In this document: one piece after another, positions 19,372-28,942 of the stretch
Position numbering within the stretch: the first letter of the stretch is position 1
How the letters are laid out: every line of letters starts with the position of its first letter
NCBI GenBank assembly: GCA_028867755.1
Contig: JAGWFT010000002.1
Span: 32,001 to 96,000, forward strand
Length of the DNA: 64,000 nucleotides
Direction of reading: 5' to 3'
From: Nitrososphaerota archaeon
GTDB taxonomy: Archaea > Thermoproteota > Nitrososphaeria > Nitrososphaerales > Nitrosopumilaceae
Notes under the pieces: generated by a model
Databases searched by the model: none
Seen by the model: the letters and a program-made list of their open reading frames with translations, nothing else
Told to the model about the DNA's origin: nothing
Translations under genes and position numbers: made by a program

Positions 19372-20930
19372 TGCAATACGTCTTACTTCAGGCAATTTTT
19401 CTGCCACTGTTATTGTCACCAGTAGCATATTTCCTTGGAAGAAAATCAGGACCTAATGCTGCAACTTGGTTTAGTTTTGGAATATTGGCTTATTGTACTG
19501 CAATAATCATACTAGCGTCAATGTCTGGAACATATGAAGAACACTATCAGTGGACTCAGCAATTTGGAGAGTTTGGTCTAATGTTAGATGGTCTAGCATC
19601 GCCATTTGCAATAATAATTTATGTCATTTCTACAGTAGTTGTACTATTTTCAAAACCATACATGGTTGCTAAGATCACAGCACAGTATGAGGAAAAAATG
19701 GGTGCTCAAAAACAAATGGTCGGTGATGGACCTACTGCAATGGTAGAATCATCATCAATGAAAAGCTATGTGAATAATCAGATAGGCGTTTACTTTGCAC
19801 TATATCTTGTCATGGCTATGGGTATGCTAGGATCTGTACTTGCAACCAATCTAATAGAATTCTATGTCTTTTTTGAGGTTATGTTGATTCCAGGATTTTT
19901 CATTATTGCATTCTGGGGCTATGAAGCAAAGAGAAGGGTTGCTCTACTGTTCTTCTTCTGGACTCACGTTGGAGCAGTAATTCTACTTCTTGGTTTTCTT
20001 ACAATAGGGTTCAATGCAGGCAGCTTCAACTATGCTGACATTCATGAACATGCAATATCGCATCGTCTTTTGGCGCTTGCTGCAGTGGCAATAATTGTAG
20101 GACTTGGCGTAAAGATGGCTGCATTTGTTGTGCATATATGGTTACCACATACGTATAGAGCAGCTCCGACACCACTTAATGCGTTATCGTCTGGAGCAAT
20201 GCTAGGTGTTGGTGCTTACGGTTTCTTCAGACTGATAGTAATGCTCTTGCCAGGAGAGTATGGTCATTTTGCTTTGTTTTTGAACCTGTGGGGAGTTGGA
20301 ACCATGATCTATGGTGGTGTGATGGCACTAGTTCAAGATGACATCAAAAAATTCTTTGCCTATTCAAGCATTAGTCAAATGGGATACATTCTATTTGGTA
20401 TAGGCTCTGCATCTGCTCTGGGTCTTTCTGGCTCTGAGATGTTATTTGTATCCCATAGTATAGGTAAAGTAATTCTCTTCATGATGGTTGGTGCAATTAT
20501 TCTTCAAGTAGGAACAAGAAGCATTACAAAGATGGGTGGACTTGCAGGAAAAATGCCAATCACTGCAACCTGTGCAATGATTGGAGTGCTTACCATAGTT
20601 GGAGTTCCTCCAACAAGTGGATTTATGGCTGAATGGACCATGTTTAATGGTGCACTACAAACAGCAATTCAAGAGGGATCTACAATCAGAATGATTTCAT
20701 TTGCTCTTGGACTGATTGCGACTGTTATTACTATGGCATATTCTTTGTGGATGATAAAAAGAGTCTTCCTTGGAAAACTTCCACAACATCTTGAAAATAC
20801 TAAAGAAGCAAACTGGTACGTAACAGGCCCAATGATGGTATTAGCAGGATTTACAGTTGTTATTGGAATAGATCCGGATATTTTCTTTAATCAAATAATT
20901 CCTTTCATGAAAGGATTGGTGGGAGTTTAG
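19368..20930 (+). CDS. nuoM: Complex I subunit M
   Basis: FYVFFEVMLIP, HIWLP, SSISQMG, GVPPTSGF. Confidence 0.92.
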   Translation: MMQYVLLQAIFLPLLLSPVAYFLGRKSGPNAATWFSFGILAYCTAIIILASMSGTYEEHYQWTQQFGEFGLMLDGLASPFAIIIYVISTVVVLFSKPYMVAKITAQYEEKMGAQKQMVGDGPTAMVESSSMKSYVNNQIGVYFALYLVMAMGMLGSVLATNLIEFYVFFEVMLIPGFFIIAFWGYEAKRRVALLFFFWTHVGAVILLLGFLTIGFNAGSFNYADIHEHAISHRLLALAAVAIIVGLGVKMAAFVVHIWLPHTYRAAPTPLNALSSGAMLGVGAYGFFRLIVMLLPGEYGHFALFLNLWGVGTMIYGGVMALVQDDIKKFFAYSSISQMGYILFGIGSASALGLSGSEMLFVSHSIGKVILFMMVGAIILQVGTRSITKMGGLAGKMPITATCAMIGVLTIVGVPPTSGFMAEWTMFNGALQTAIQEGSTIRMISFALGLIATVITMAYSLWMIKRVFLGKLPQHLENTKEANWYVTGPMMVLAGFTVVIGIDPDIFFNQIIPFMKGLVGV

Positions 20931-20933
20931 AGC

Positions 20934-23012
20934 ATGGATTTTAGTTCTCTTGGTTTTAGTGCTAGCGCATTAAATGTGTGGGCAATTTGGATATTGCCAT
21001 TTGTTGGCGCATTGGTAATACCTGCTGTAGCAAAAATCTCAAAAAAATCTCCAGGATATGTGGCAGTAGCATTTGCTCTGGTCAGTGCTCTTTCAGCTGC
21101 AACACTTCTTCCACTTGCATTACATAATCAAGAAATTCATAATCAAATTCCATGGATATCATCAATTGGACTAAAAGCTGGTATCTTGGCCGACCCATTG
21201 GCAGCATTGATGACCAACATAGTTGCCTGGATATCACTTCTGATTTTCATATATAGCACAGGTTACATGAAGGGCGACAAAGACCTGATGAGGTTCTTTT
21301 TCTGGATGTCGTTCTTCATTGGCTCCATGCAGCTAATTGTATTATCAGATAATTTCCTGCAGCTCTTCTTTGGTTGGGAGGGTGTGGGTCTTGCATCGTA
21401 TGCACTGGTAGGATTTTGGTATAAAGACAAAAAGAAGGATCATGTTGGAACAGAAGGACGTACCGTCCTTGGCCTGTTGGATTATTACTCTCCTACTCAA
21501 GCAGGAATGAAGGCATTCATCATGACCAAAGTTGGAGACATCATGATGTTGGCTGGAATGTTCCTAATCTTTGCATTTGCAGGAACGTTTGGATTTAAAG
21601 AATTGGCAGCAAATACAAGCTGGGCAACTGCAATGTCTTCTCAAAATTTGTTGATCCCAGCTGCAATCTTGTTATTTGGAGGAGCTATAGGCAAGTCAGC
21701 ACAATTTCCACTAAATGAGTGGTTACTGGAGGCAATGACTGGTCCTACTCCAGTTTCTGCACTCATTCATGCAGCCACAATGGTAAAGGCTGGTGTATTT
21801 TTGGTTGCAAGATTAGGCCCATTATTCTTTGCCTTGGCTGCAGCTGGTCTAAACATGGATCAGTTCTTTGAAGTGGTGGCTTGGGTTGGAGCAATCACTG
21901 CATTCTTGTTAGCTACTCAAGGAATGGTTCACACAGAAATAAAGAAAGTACTTGCATATTCAACAGGTTCGCAGATTGGTTACATGATGATGGCACTTGG
22001 CATAGCTGGACTTTCAAGGCAATTTGTCGATGGTTATACTGCAGGTTTCTTCCATCTGATATCACATGCAATGTTCAAAGCTTCATTATTCATGGCAGCA
22101 GGCTCATTACTGCATATAGTTGGATCTAGGTTTATGACTGACATGGGAGGACTACGAAAAGTCATGTCAAAGACATATGTCTTCATGTGGATAGCAGGAC
22201 TTGGATTGATGGGCGCTCCATTTATCACAACAGGCTTTTGGAGCAAGGATGCTATTTTTGGAGCTGTTTACCAGTCAGGCAACACTTGGGCTCTGCCAAT
22301 ATTTATCATGGCAGTGATCACTGCAGTGATGACTACATTCTATACAACTAGGATGATTGGTATGGTCTTCTTTGGTAACAAGAGTAAACATGTTGAACAT
22401 TTGGAAAAAGAGGGTTATCACATACACGAAGCAAGCCCAGTAATGTGGATTCCATATGGAATTCTGGCTGCCCTTACAATTGGAGTTGGTGTTCTAGGCT
22501 TGGCATTTGAACACAAAATACATGACATTTTCACTAATTATCTATCCTCAACATTTGGAATCCAGTCTCAAGTGGGAATGGTTGCTACAGAATCTCAACA
22601 ACTACTTGGAGGGTTCCTAACAGGCATTAATCCAATCGCACTAATCGCTTCTCTTTCAGCGTTCGCAATTGGCTTTGTGCTAGGGTACATTTTCTATATT
22701 GGAAGATTTGCAGATCCTACTAAATTTGTAAACTCAAATATTTTCTTTTATGCAATACACAAGTTTTTCCTTAACAGATGGTATCTTGATGCATTAATCA
22801 ACTGGACATTTGTTGTAGGTCCACTGTATGTAGCACGAGGAATTTATCGATACTTTGAGGATAGAGTCATGGAAGGCTTTAACCTAGTGCCAGAAAAAAC
22901 AATGGCTGGTGGAGCAAGAATATTACAATCTACACAAACAGGAATATCTCAATCTTACTTGTATGTATTTGGTGCAGGAATATTGATAGTGGTACTACTG
23001 TTATTTATTTAG
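20934..23012 (+). CDS. nuoL: Complex I subunit L
   Basis: GWEGVG, KSAQFPL..WLLEAMTGPTPVSALIHAATMV. Confidence 0.95.
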   Translation: MDFSSLGFSASALNVWAIWILPFVGALVIPAVAKISKKSPGYVAVAFALVSALSAATLLPLALHNQEIHNQIPWISSIGLKAGILADPLAALMTNIVAWISLLIFIYSTGYMKGDKDLMRFFFWMSFFIGSMQLIVLSDNFLQLFFGWEGVGLASYALVGFWYKDKKKDHVGTEGRTVLGLLDYYSPTQAGMKAFIMTKVGDIMMLAGMFLIFAFAGTFGFKELAANTSWATAMSSQNLLIPAAILLFGGAIGKSAQFPLNEWLLEAMTGPTPVSALIHAATMVKAGVFLVARLGPLFFALAAAGLNMDQFFEVVAWVGAITAFLLATQGMVHTEIKKVLAYSTGSQIGYMMMALGIAGLSRQFVDGYTAGFFHLISHAMFKASLFMAAGSLLHIVGSRFMTDMGGLRKVMSKTYVFMWIAGLGLMGAPFITTGFWSKDAIFGAVYQSGNTWALPIFIMAVITAVMTTFYTTRMIGMVFFGNKSKHVEHLEKEGYHIHEASPVMWIPYGILAALTIGVGVLGLAFEHKIHDIFTNYLSSTFGIQSQVGMVATESQQLLGGFLTGINPIALIASLSAFAIGFVLGYIFYIGRFADPTKFVNSNIFFYAIHKFFLNRWYLDALINWTFVVGPLYVARGIYRYFEDRVMEGFNLVPEKTMAGGARILQSTQTGISQSYLYVFGAGILIVVLLLFI

Positions 23013-23022
23013 GTGAAAAAAT

Positions 23023-24510
23023 ATGATAGACTTTACCTCTACACCAATAATTCTAACTCTGATGCTGGGAGCAGTTGGAGTAATTATTCCAGTAATTAGT
23101 GCAGCACGAAAAGAGAAGAACGATTCGCTTTATGGTGGAATTGCGTTTAGTGCACTAGCGGCTGCAATTGGATTTGTTGTATATCAAATAATATCAAAGC
23201 ATGTTACACCTGCAGCAATTTTCTCAAAGGATGTTCTTGCAAATGATATGTTTGGATCTTTCTTTGCAATTGCAATGCTAATTGTTGGTATAATGACAAC
23301 AGTTGGTTCGTTTAATTACATGAGAGGACGATCAAATCCAGCTGTCTACTATTCTCTGATAGTATTATCATCAATAGGAATGGTGCTGATTGCATATTCA
23401 ACTGATCTAGTAATGTTGTTTGTCGCTTGGGAGTTGATGAGTATTCCAACTTATGTTCTTGCAGGATATCTCAAAAAGGATCCATCTTCTAACGAAGCAG
23501 CTATCAAATACTTCCTATTTGGCGCACTGTCTTCGGGAATAATAATCTGGGGCATCTCAATAGCGTATGGTATTACTGGTTCAACTAACATAGAACAAGT
23601 GATAGCTGGCTTTTCACATCTGAGTCCAGATATGACACCATTAGCCATACTTGCAGTTGGAATGTTTATCGCAGGATTTGGATTCAAAATTGGCCTAGTG
23701 CCTTTCCATATGTGGCTTCCAGATACGTATGAGGGAGCCCCACCAACAATCTCTGCGTTGCTTGCTGCAGGAACAAAAAAAGCTGGTTTTGCTGCAGCCT
23801 TACGTGTAATAATAATGGGCGCAATAGCCCTTAATCTCAACTGGTCACTTGCTCTTGCTGTAATAGCTATAGTCACTATGACCTTTGGAAACTTGGCAGC
23901 TATAAGGCAAAAAAATCTCTCAAGAATGCTTGCGTATTCTAGCATTGGCCATGCTGGGTACATTCTGATTGGTTTGAGCATTGCTCCATTTTCTGCAATT
24001 GGTATAGCAGCTGCACTATTTCATATTCTAAATCATGCAGTTATGAAGGCAGCAGCGTTTATAGCTGTAGCTGGAATAGTTGCAACATTATCAATATCTC
24101 ATATTGATAAGCTTCGTGGTCTTGGCAGGAGAATGCCAATTACTTCGCTTGGACTAGTTATATCGCTTTTAGCATTGGCAGGAGTCCCACCCCTCAATGG
24201 ATTTTGGAGTAAACTCATGCTATTTGGTTCTGCAATAAATGCTGGCTCAGCTATCCCATGGGCACCGTATCTGGCAGTAGCAGGTGTACTGAACAGTGCA
24301 TTATCTCTTGCATATTATGGTTGGATAATACGAAAAATGTACTTTGAAGAAGGTGAATCTGAAAAGAGAGTAAAAGAACCAAAATCAATAATAGCTGTAA
24401 TGATATTTTCGATAATCTTTATGGTTGGAATCGGAGTGTATCCAGATCCCTTTATTGCATTTGCAAAATCAGCTGTTCCAGTTCTAACAAATCTTTCTAC
24501 GATACATTAA
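23023..24510 (+). CDS. nuoN: Complex I subunit N
   Basis: EAAIKYF, FKIGLVPFHMWLPD, RMLAYSSI. Confidence 0.95.
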   Translation: MIDFTSTPIILTLMLGAVGVIIPVISAARKEKNDSLYGGIAFSALAAAIGFVVYQIISKHVTPAAIFSKDVLANDMFGSFFAIAMLIVGIMTTVGSFNYMRGRSNPAVYYSLIVLSSIGMVLIAYSTDLVMLFVAWELMSIPTYVLAGYLKKDPSSNEAAIKYFLFGALSSGIIIWGISIAYGITGSTNIEQVIAGFSHLSPDMTPLAILAVGMFIAGFGFKIGLVPFHMWLPDTYEGAPPTISALLAAGTKKAGFAAALRVIIMGAIALNLNWSLALAVIAIVTMTFGNLAAIRQKNLSRMLAYSSIGHAGYILIGLSIAPFSAIGIAAALFHILNHAVMKAAAFIAVAGIVATLSISHIDKLRGLGRRMPITSLGLVISLLALAGVPPLNGFWSKLMLFGSAINAGSAIPWAPYLAVAGVLNSALSLAYYGWIIRKMYFEEGESEKRVKEPKSIIAVMIFSIIFMVGIGVYPDPFIAFAKSAVPVLTNLSTIH

Positions 24511-25351
24511 GCATAGTAAGATCTAGCAAACTTTCTAGTCTTCTTCTTGCTGGGCCGTCATTTATTTTCCTAAGTGCAGTTTTAGCTTTCTTTGAATAGC
24601 TATTTAGTAACATGTCCATGTGATCAAAAACATGACGCGGATCTGGACTTTTCTTAATCAAGATATTGAACAGTTTATCCTCGTTATTCCAATCTTGTAA
24701 ATCGTCACGAATCTGGTACGCAATTCCCATGTTTTTGCCATACTCGGCAAATGCCATTACCTGCTCCTCATTACCGCCTCCTAGAATGGCGCCAATCTTT
24801 GTTGCTGCCTCAAACGCAGTTGCAGTCTTGTATTCCATGACCTTGATATAGTCATCAAAGGTGATGTCTTCGCTTGTTTCCAATCTAGTCTCTATCATTT
24901 CTCCATCACTCATCATCATGGCTGTGTTGGCAAGTTCTCTTGATATTCTTGAATTGTCAAGTCGAGAAGATATGTTCAGGATTAAACCTAGAACAAAATC
25001 CCCCGTGATTATGCTCGTATTGTATCCATACTTGATATGGAATGGATCCTTTCGTCTCCTTAGAATTTCATTATCAATTATATCATCATGAATCACAGAC
25101 TCGGTATGCAACAGCTCAACTGCACATGCAGCAGTGAAAGCGTTTCCATCACATCTGCCAACGCTTTCAGCAGCTAAAATTAAGATGATAGGCCTTATTC
25201 TCTTTCCTCCCTCTAATGCATATTGTAGAGGCTCAAAAAATTCTGATGCAGAATAAAGTTCTAATTCTTTTTTGAGTGCTTGATCGATTGTATCGATATA
25301 ATTCTTGTAATCCTTGATTAATGGGTTGATCTCAAAGTTTTTTCTATCCAA
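24497..25351 (-). CDS. Polyprenyl (geranylgeranyl) diphosphate synthase
   Basis: GGKRIRP, HDDIID..RR, YKTA, QIRDD. Confidence 0.92.
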   Translation of the reverse strand: MDRKNFEINPLIKDYKNYIDTIDQALKKELELYSASEFFEPLQYALEGGKRIRPIILILAAESVGRCDGNAFTAACAVELLHTESVIHDDIIDNEILRRRKDPFHIKYGYNTSIITGDFVLGLILNISSRLDNSRISRELANTAMMMSDGEMIETRLETSEDITFDDYIKVMEYKTATAFEAATKIGAILGGGNEEQVMAFAEYGKNMGIAYQIRDDLQDWNNEDKLFNILIKKSPDPRHVFDHMDMLLNSYSKKAKTALRKINDGPARRRLESLLDLTMLNVS

Positions 25352-25404
25352 AAATTTGCACTAACGTGCGTAACCAATGGTAAGGATATTAATGCTTTTG
25401 TAGG

Positions 25405-25495
25405 TGCTCCAGCCGGGATTTTCATCATATAGAATTTGAACCCGGGTCGGAGGATTGAAAGTCCCCCATGCTTGACCGGTCTACACCACTGGAGC
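25405..25495 (-). tRNA. tRNA-Glu(TTC) with 16-nt intron at 59/60 (25419-25434)
   Basis: Acceptor GCTCCAG/CTGGAGC, anticodon loop CTTTCAA; strict BHB CCGGG-TTCA-AAT-TC..GA-TGAA-AAT-CCCGG. Confidence 0.93.
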
Positions 25496-25579
25496 CCGAC
25501 CTGCATCCTGTTTCCTGTCCATAAAATCCTTTTGGAGTCATTCAAAAGATTTTTTTAGTGCCGAATTTTGATAAATCGC

Positions 25580-26218
25580 ATGAACTCCATCATTCAAAGA
25601 ATTGATAAAATTATTGAGGACCAAAGCCTTCTCAAACACAAATTCTATGTAATGTGGAACGAGGGAAAATTATCGCTCGAGTCCCTCAGTGGTTATTCTA
25701 AAGAATACTTTCAACTGGTAAAATCGGTTCCTTCCTTTGTAGGTGCAATAATGGAAAATAGCCAATCAAATCTCACAGGTACGATAGCTGCCAATCAAAA
25801 GGAGGAATATGAGCATATTGAACCGTGGACAAAATTTGCAGGTTCTTTGGGCATATCACGTGAAGAGATGCAGCATTATACTGGACTAGATAAAACAAGA
25901 AAAGCCGTATCAAATCTTTCTACCCTGATGAATTCATTTGAGGGTGGTGCTGCCGCCATGTATGCATTAGAACAAGAAATTCCAAAGATCAGCCTTTCAA
26001 AGATAGATGGTTTGAGGAAATTCTATGGTGTAACAGACGATGATGCAATTGAATATTTCAGAATTCATGCAGAGGCTGATATCAGACATGCAGCACTCTG
26101 GAGGAGAGTTCTTGAGAAATCCCAGGCAATCAAAGAAGATGACCTAGTTCAAATTGCCGGCGAATCGCTAGCAGCTCAAAATCTCTTACTTGATAGCTGC
26201 TATGAAGCGTATTGTTAA
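25580..26218 (+). CDS. CADD/PqqC-like heme-oxygenase-fold dimetal oxidase (possible pABA synthase)
   Basis: HKFY, EE..EH, YALEQEIP..SKIDG, H.EAD.RH match the CADD ligand pattern. Confidence 0.8.
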   Translation: MNSIIQRIDKIIEDQSLLKHKFYVMWNEGKLSLESLSGYSKEYFQLVKSVPSFVGAIMENSQSNLTGTIAANQKEEYEHIEPWTKFAGSLGISREEMQHYTGLDKTRKAVSNLSTLMNSFEGGAAAMYALEQEIPKISLSKIDGLRKFYGVTDDDAIEYFRIHAEADIRHAALWRRVLEKSQAIKEDDLVQIAGESLAAQNLLLDSCYEAYC

Positions 26219-26260
26219 CTCTATACCATTTTATACTGCATACCAAATTGTTCTGTCGTT

Positions 26261-26334
26261 GGGCCCATAACTCAGCTTGGTAGAGTAACCGGCTCATAAC
26301 CGGTGAGCCAAGGGATCGAAGCCCTTTGGGCCCA
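26261..26334 (+). tRNA. tRNA with CAT anticodon (probably Ile2, otherwise elongator Met)
   Basis: Acceptor GGGCCCA/TGGGCCC, arm ACCGG-CTCATAA-CCGGT; not the initiator pattern; T-loop ATCGAAG. Confidence 0.88.
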
Positions 26335-26463
26335 TCTATCTTAAATTTTGATTAGTCTAATAATTTCTATAATTATTATTTGGATCGTAAATGAAATTTT
26401 ATCTTGTAATGTTCCGCATGTCATAAAACCAATTTTAAAATAATCAGTTAACTATCTTGATTT

Positions 26464-26527
26464 GGCTGCAATGAAGAATCAGAGTTATGGCTGAAATTAT
26501 GATGTAAAGGCATTTGTCTGAGCTGCC
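26464..26527 (+). ncRNA. C/D box methylation-guide sRNA
   Basis: C ATGAAGA 26471, D' CTGA 26491, C' ATGATGT 26499, D CTGA 26518; 13- and 12-nt guides; terminal stem GGCTGC/GCTGCC; TATA-like TTTAAAA ~24 nt upstream. Confidence 0.85.
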
Positions 26528-26619
26528 AAAAATCTAAAAAAGATTTGATAAATTTGACACAAAGAACATCATCATGAAACGGTACAGAGTATATATAAAG
26601 CCCATATATAAGCAGCAGA

Positions 26620-27183
26620 ATGCCTCAAACAAAACCAATCGTAAGTATTGAAAATGTTGTGGCATCAGCTTCAGTTGATCAACGCATTGATCTTAATGTT
26701 ATCACGCAAACTTTTCCTGATGTAGAATATCATCCTGATCAATTTCCAGGTTTAGTCTTTAGACTAAAATCGCCAAAGACTGCAACACTGATCTTCAGCT
26801 CAGGCAAAATGGTTTGCACCGGAGCAAAATCTGAAGAGCAAGCAATCAAAGCAGTGAGAAGTGTAGTACAAAAATTAAGAAAAGGTGGAATTAAGATCAA
26901 AAAAGATGCAGTTATAGTAATACAAAACATAGTAGCTTCTGCTAGTCTTGGAGGAAAAATACATCTAGAACAGGCTGCAAGAAGCTTGCCTAGAAGTATG
27001 TACGAACCAGAACAATTTCCAGGTTTGATACATCGAATGCTTGACCCAAAGACTGTTATCTTGTTATTTGCATCGGGAAAACTCGTTTGTACGGGGGCAA
27101 AGAAAGAATCTGAGGTATATCGTGCAGTACATAATCTACATACATTACTTGAGGAAAAAGAACTAATGATATACGAGAGCTAA
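26620..27183 (+). CDS. tbp: TATA-box binding protein
   Basis: Two repeats NVVAS..PDQFPGL..IFSSGKMVCTG / NIVAS..PEQFPGL..LFASGKLVCTG. Confidence 0.98.
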   Translation: MPQTKPIVSIENVVASASVDQRIDLNVITQTFPDVEYHPDQFPGLVFRLKSPKTATLIFSSGKMVCTGAKSEEQAIKAVRSVVQKLRKGGIKIKKDAVIVIQNIVASASLGGKIHLEQAARSLPRSMYEPEQFPGLIHRMLDPKTVILLFASGKLVCTGAKKESEVYRAVHNLHTLLEEKELMIYES

Positions 27184-27195
27184 ATCTGTTGGCCC

Positions 27196-27804
27196 TCAGT
27201 TAGCACTCATTTGTTTTTTGATTCGTTCAAAAGTTTGCTCATCAAGTAACCCTTCGTTGTATAATATACTTGAAATTTTTACCACGTCTGTAACTTCATG
27301 CAATTTTACACCCTCGGAAGCCAAAAGTTCCCTTGCTCCCTCAAATCTATTTATTATTACAACTGCATCAATTACAATCATTTTGGCATCCTTTAGTGCT
27401 TTAATAGCATTGGCCAGAGACAGCCCTGTCGTTCCTACGTCATCGACAAGCAATATCTTTGTTCCCTGTTCTATCTTTCCTTCAATTAAGCTGCCTGTGC
27501 CATAGTCTTTTGGCTTTTGTCTGATATATACAAGAGGTTTCATTGTTTCTATTGCTAAAGCAGAAGCTATCACAAGACCAGATGTTGGCACTGACGCGAT
27601 GCAGTCAAAACTATCAAGACCAATCTTCTCAGATATTGTATTTTGAAGGTATTTTATCATATTTCTGAATTGATGTGGAAAACTTGGTACTATTCGAAGA
27701 TCTACATAATATGCGCTTTCTTTTCCGCTAGAAAGTCTGAAATTTCCAAACTTTATGGCAGTACTTTCCTGTAAAAATATCGCAAATTCTTTGACAAAAC
27801 CCAC
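27196..27804 (-). CDS. pyrE: Orotate phosphoribosyltransferase
   Basis: LSSGKES, YIRQKPKDYG, LVDDVGTTG. Confidence 0.93.
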   Translation of the reverse strand: MGFVKEFAIFLQESTAIKFGNFRLSSGKESAYYVDLRIVPSFPHQFRNMIKYLQNTISEKIGLDSFDCIASVPTSGLVIASALAIETMKPLVYIRQKPKDYGTGSLIEGKIEQGTKILLVDDVGTTGLSLANAIKALKDAKMIVIDAVVIINRFEGARELLASEGVKLHEVTDVVKISSILYNEGLLDEQTFERIKKQMSAN

Positions 27805-27853
27805 AGCAAAATTTACCGAACTAGATTTATTTTAACTGTCTCATCGGTACTGT

Positions 27854-28942
27854 ATGCCTGAGATTTGGCTTAGCTATGGCCCAACAGAGGTTGTTTTGGA
27901 TATAAAGGCTGAAAACCTTGAGAGGCAAATAACGGCTGAAGGTACAAATCTGAGCGATTCTGAAATCGCCTCGAAATTACAGTCAATAGATCTTACCAAA
28001 CCAACAGAGATTGTTATTTTGGAATCCACAAAAGCTGTTCAAAAGGTAATCTCAGTTTTGTTAGAAATCTGCAATCAAAAATCACTTCCTACACCAAAAA
28101 TTCTTGTGGATAAATCAAACTTACATCTTGTTAAAAACATGTTTTCTGATCCTTTGATATCTATCTCTGAATTTGATAATTCTCAGTTAACAGGCACAAA
28201 TCTAATGTTTGTCGGTGAGATGGAATTTGATGGATTGTTTGGATACAGTACCATATCTACAAAATTATTACGAAAATTTGGAAAAGAGCAAATGTTAGAA
28301 GCTTATGAAAAGAAAAATGGAAATCTCCCGCATCCTGGAGAAGACTTGTCAACTATTGAGGTGGCAAAAAAATTTACAGATGGGTTTGAAATATCTGCAC
28401 TTGAAGTTATTGCAAATTCGTCCGGAATAACTGATGTATCTACAGGACATCCATCCTCCACACTATCGCTTTCAAAATCTCTACCTCTGTTAACAATAAA
28501 TGATGTGGGCAAACATAGAATATTGTTTATCAGTACTGGTAAAGAATCTAGTAATGAAACACTAAGTAGATCGCTTTCTGCATTATGGAATTGTGCTAAT
28601 GCTGTAAAAGAAGAAGGTCTTGCAATACTTTTGGCTGAATGTAAAAATGGTTTAGGATCTGAGGCCATTCTTCAATATGCAGAAGGTAGAATGAGCTTGG
28701 ACAGATTAAAAAATCCTGCTAAATATGTTGACGGAATGGAAAACTTGCTTTTTTTAACTGAAATGCAAAAACAATTCCAAATTGGTATTGTCTCAATACT
28801 GCCGCATTATTATACAAAAGACAAACTTACAATGATTCCATTTGGCGGTACCAAAGAATCTATGGAATATGTACTAAAAACATATGGTGAGAGACAAAAA
28901 GCTGTAATAGTATCAGACGGTACGCACGTTCTACTCAGGTAA
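27854..28942 (+). CDS. Degenerate LarA/DUF2088-like domain protein
   Basis: N-terminal LSYG, LSKSL..LWN..AVKEEG.AILLAEC.NGLG resembles the LarA C-terminal domain. Confidence 0.55.
   Translation: MPEIWLSYGPTEVVLDIKAENLERQITAEGTNLSDSEIASKLQSIDLTKPTEIVILESTKAVQKVISVLLEICNQKSLPTPKILVDKSNLHLVKNMFSDPLISISEFDNSQLTGTNLMFVGEMEFDGLFGYSTISTKLLRKFGKEQMLEAYEKKNGNLPHPGEDLSTIEVAKKFTDGFEISALEVIANSSGITDVSTGHPSSTLSLSKSLPLLTINDVGKHRILFISTGKESSNETLSRSLSALWNCANAVKEEGLAILLAECKNGLGSEAILQYAEGRMSLDRLKNPAKYVDGMENLLFLTEMQKQFQIGIVSILPHYYTKDKLTMIPFGGTKESMEYVLKTYGERQKAVIVSDGTHVLLR

Noticed and set aside
14012-24510. Missing nuoEFG and M-before-L order as a novelty
   Set aside because: An 11-subunit complex I without the NADH module is the established archaeal arrangement
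26265-26273. 9-bp match of the same sRNA's D' guide to the neighbouring tRNA(CAT) positions 5-13
   Set aside because: Would methylate A9 ribose inside a stable stem junction; the paired H69/H71 rRNA targets are more parsimonious, though not excluded
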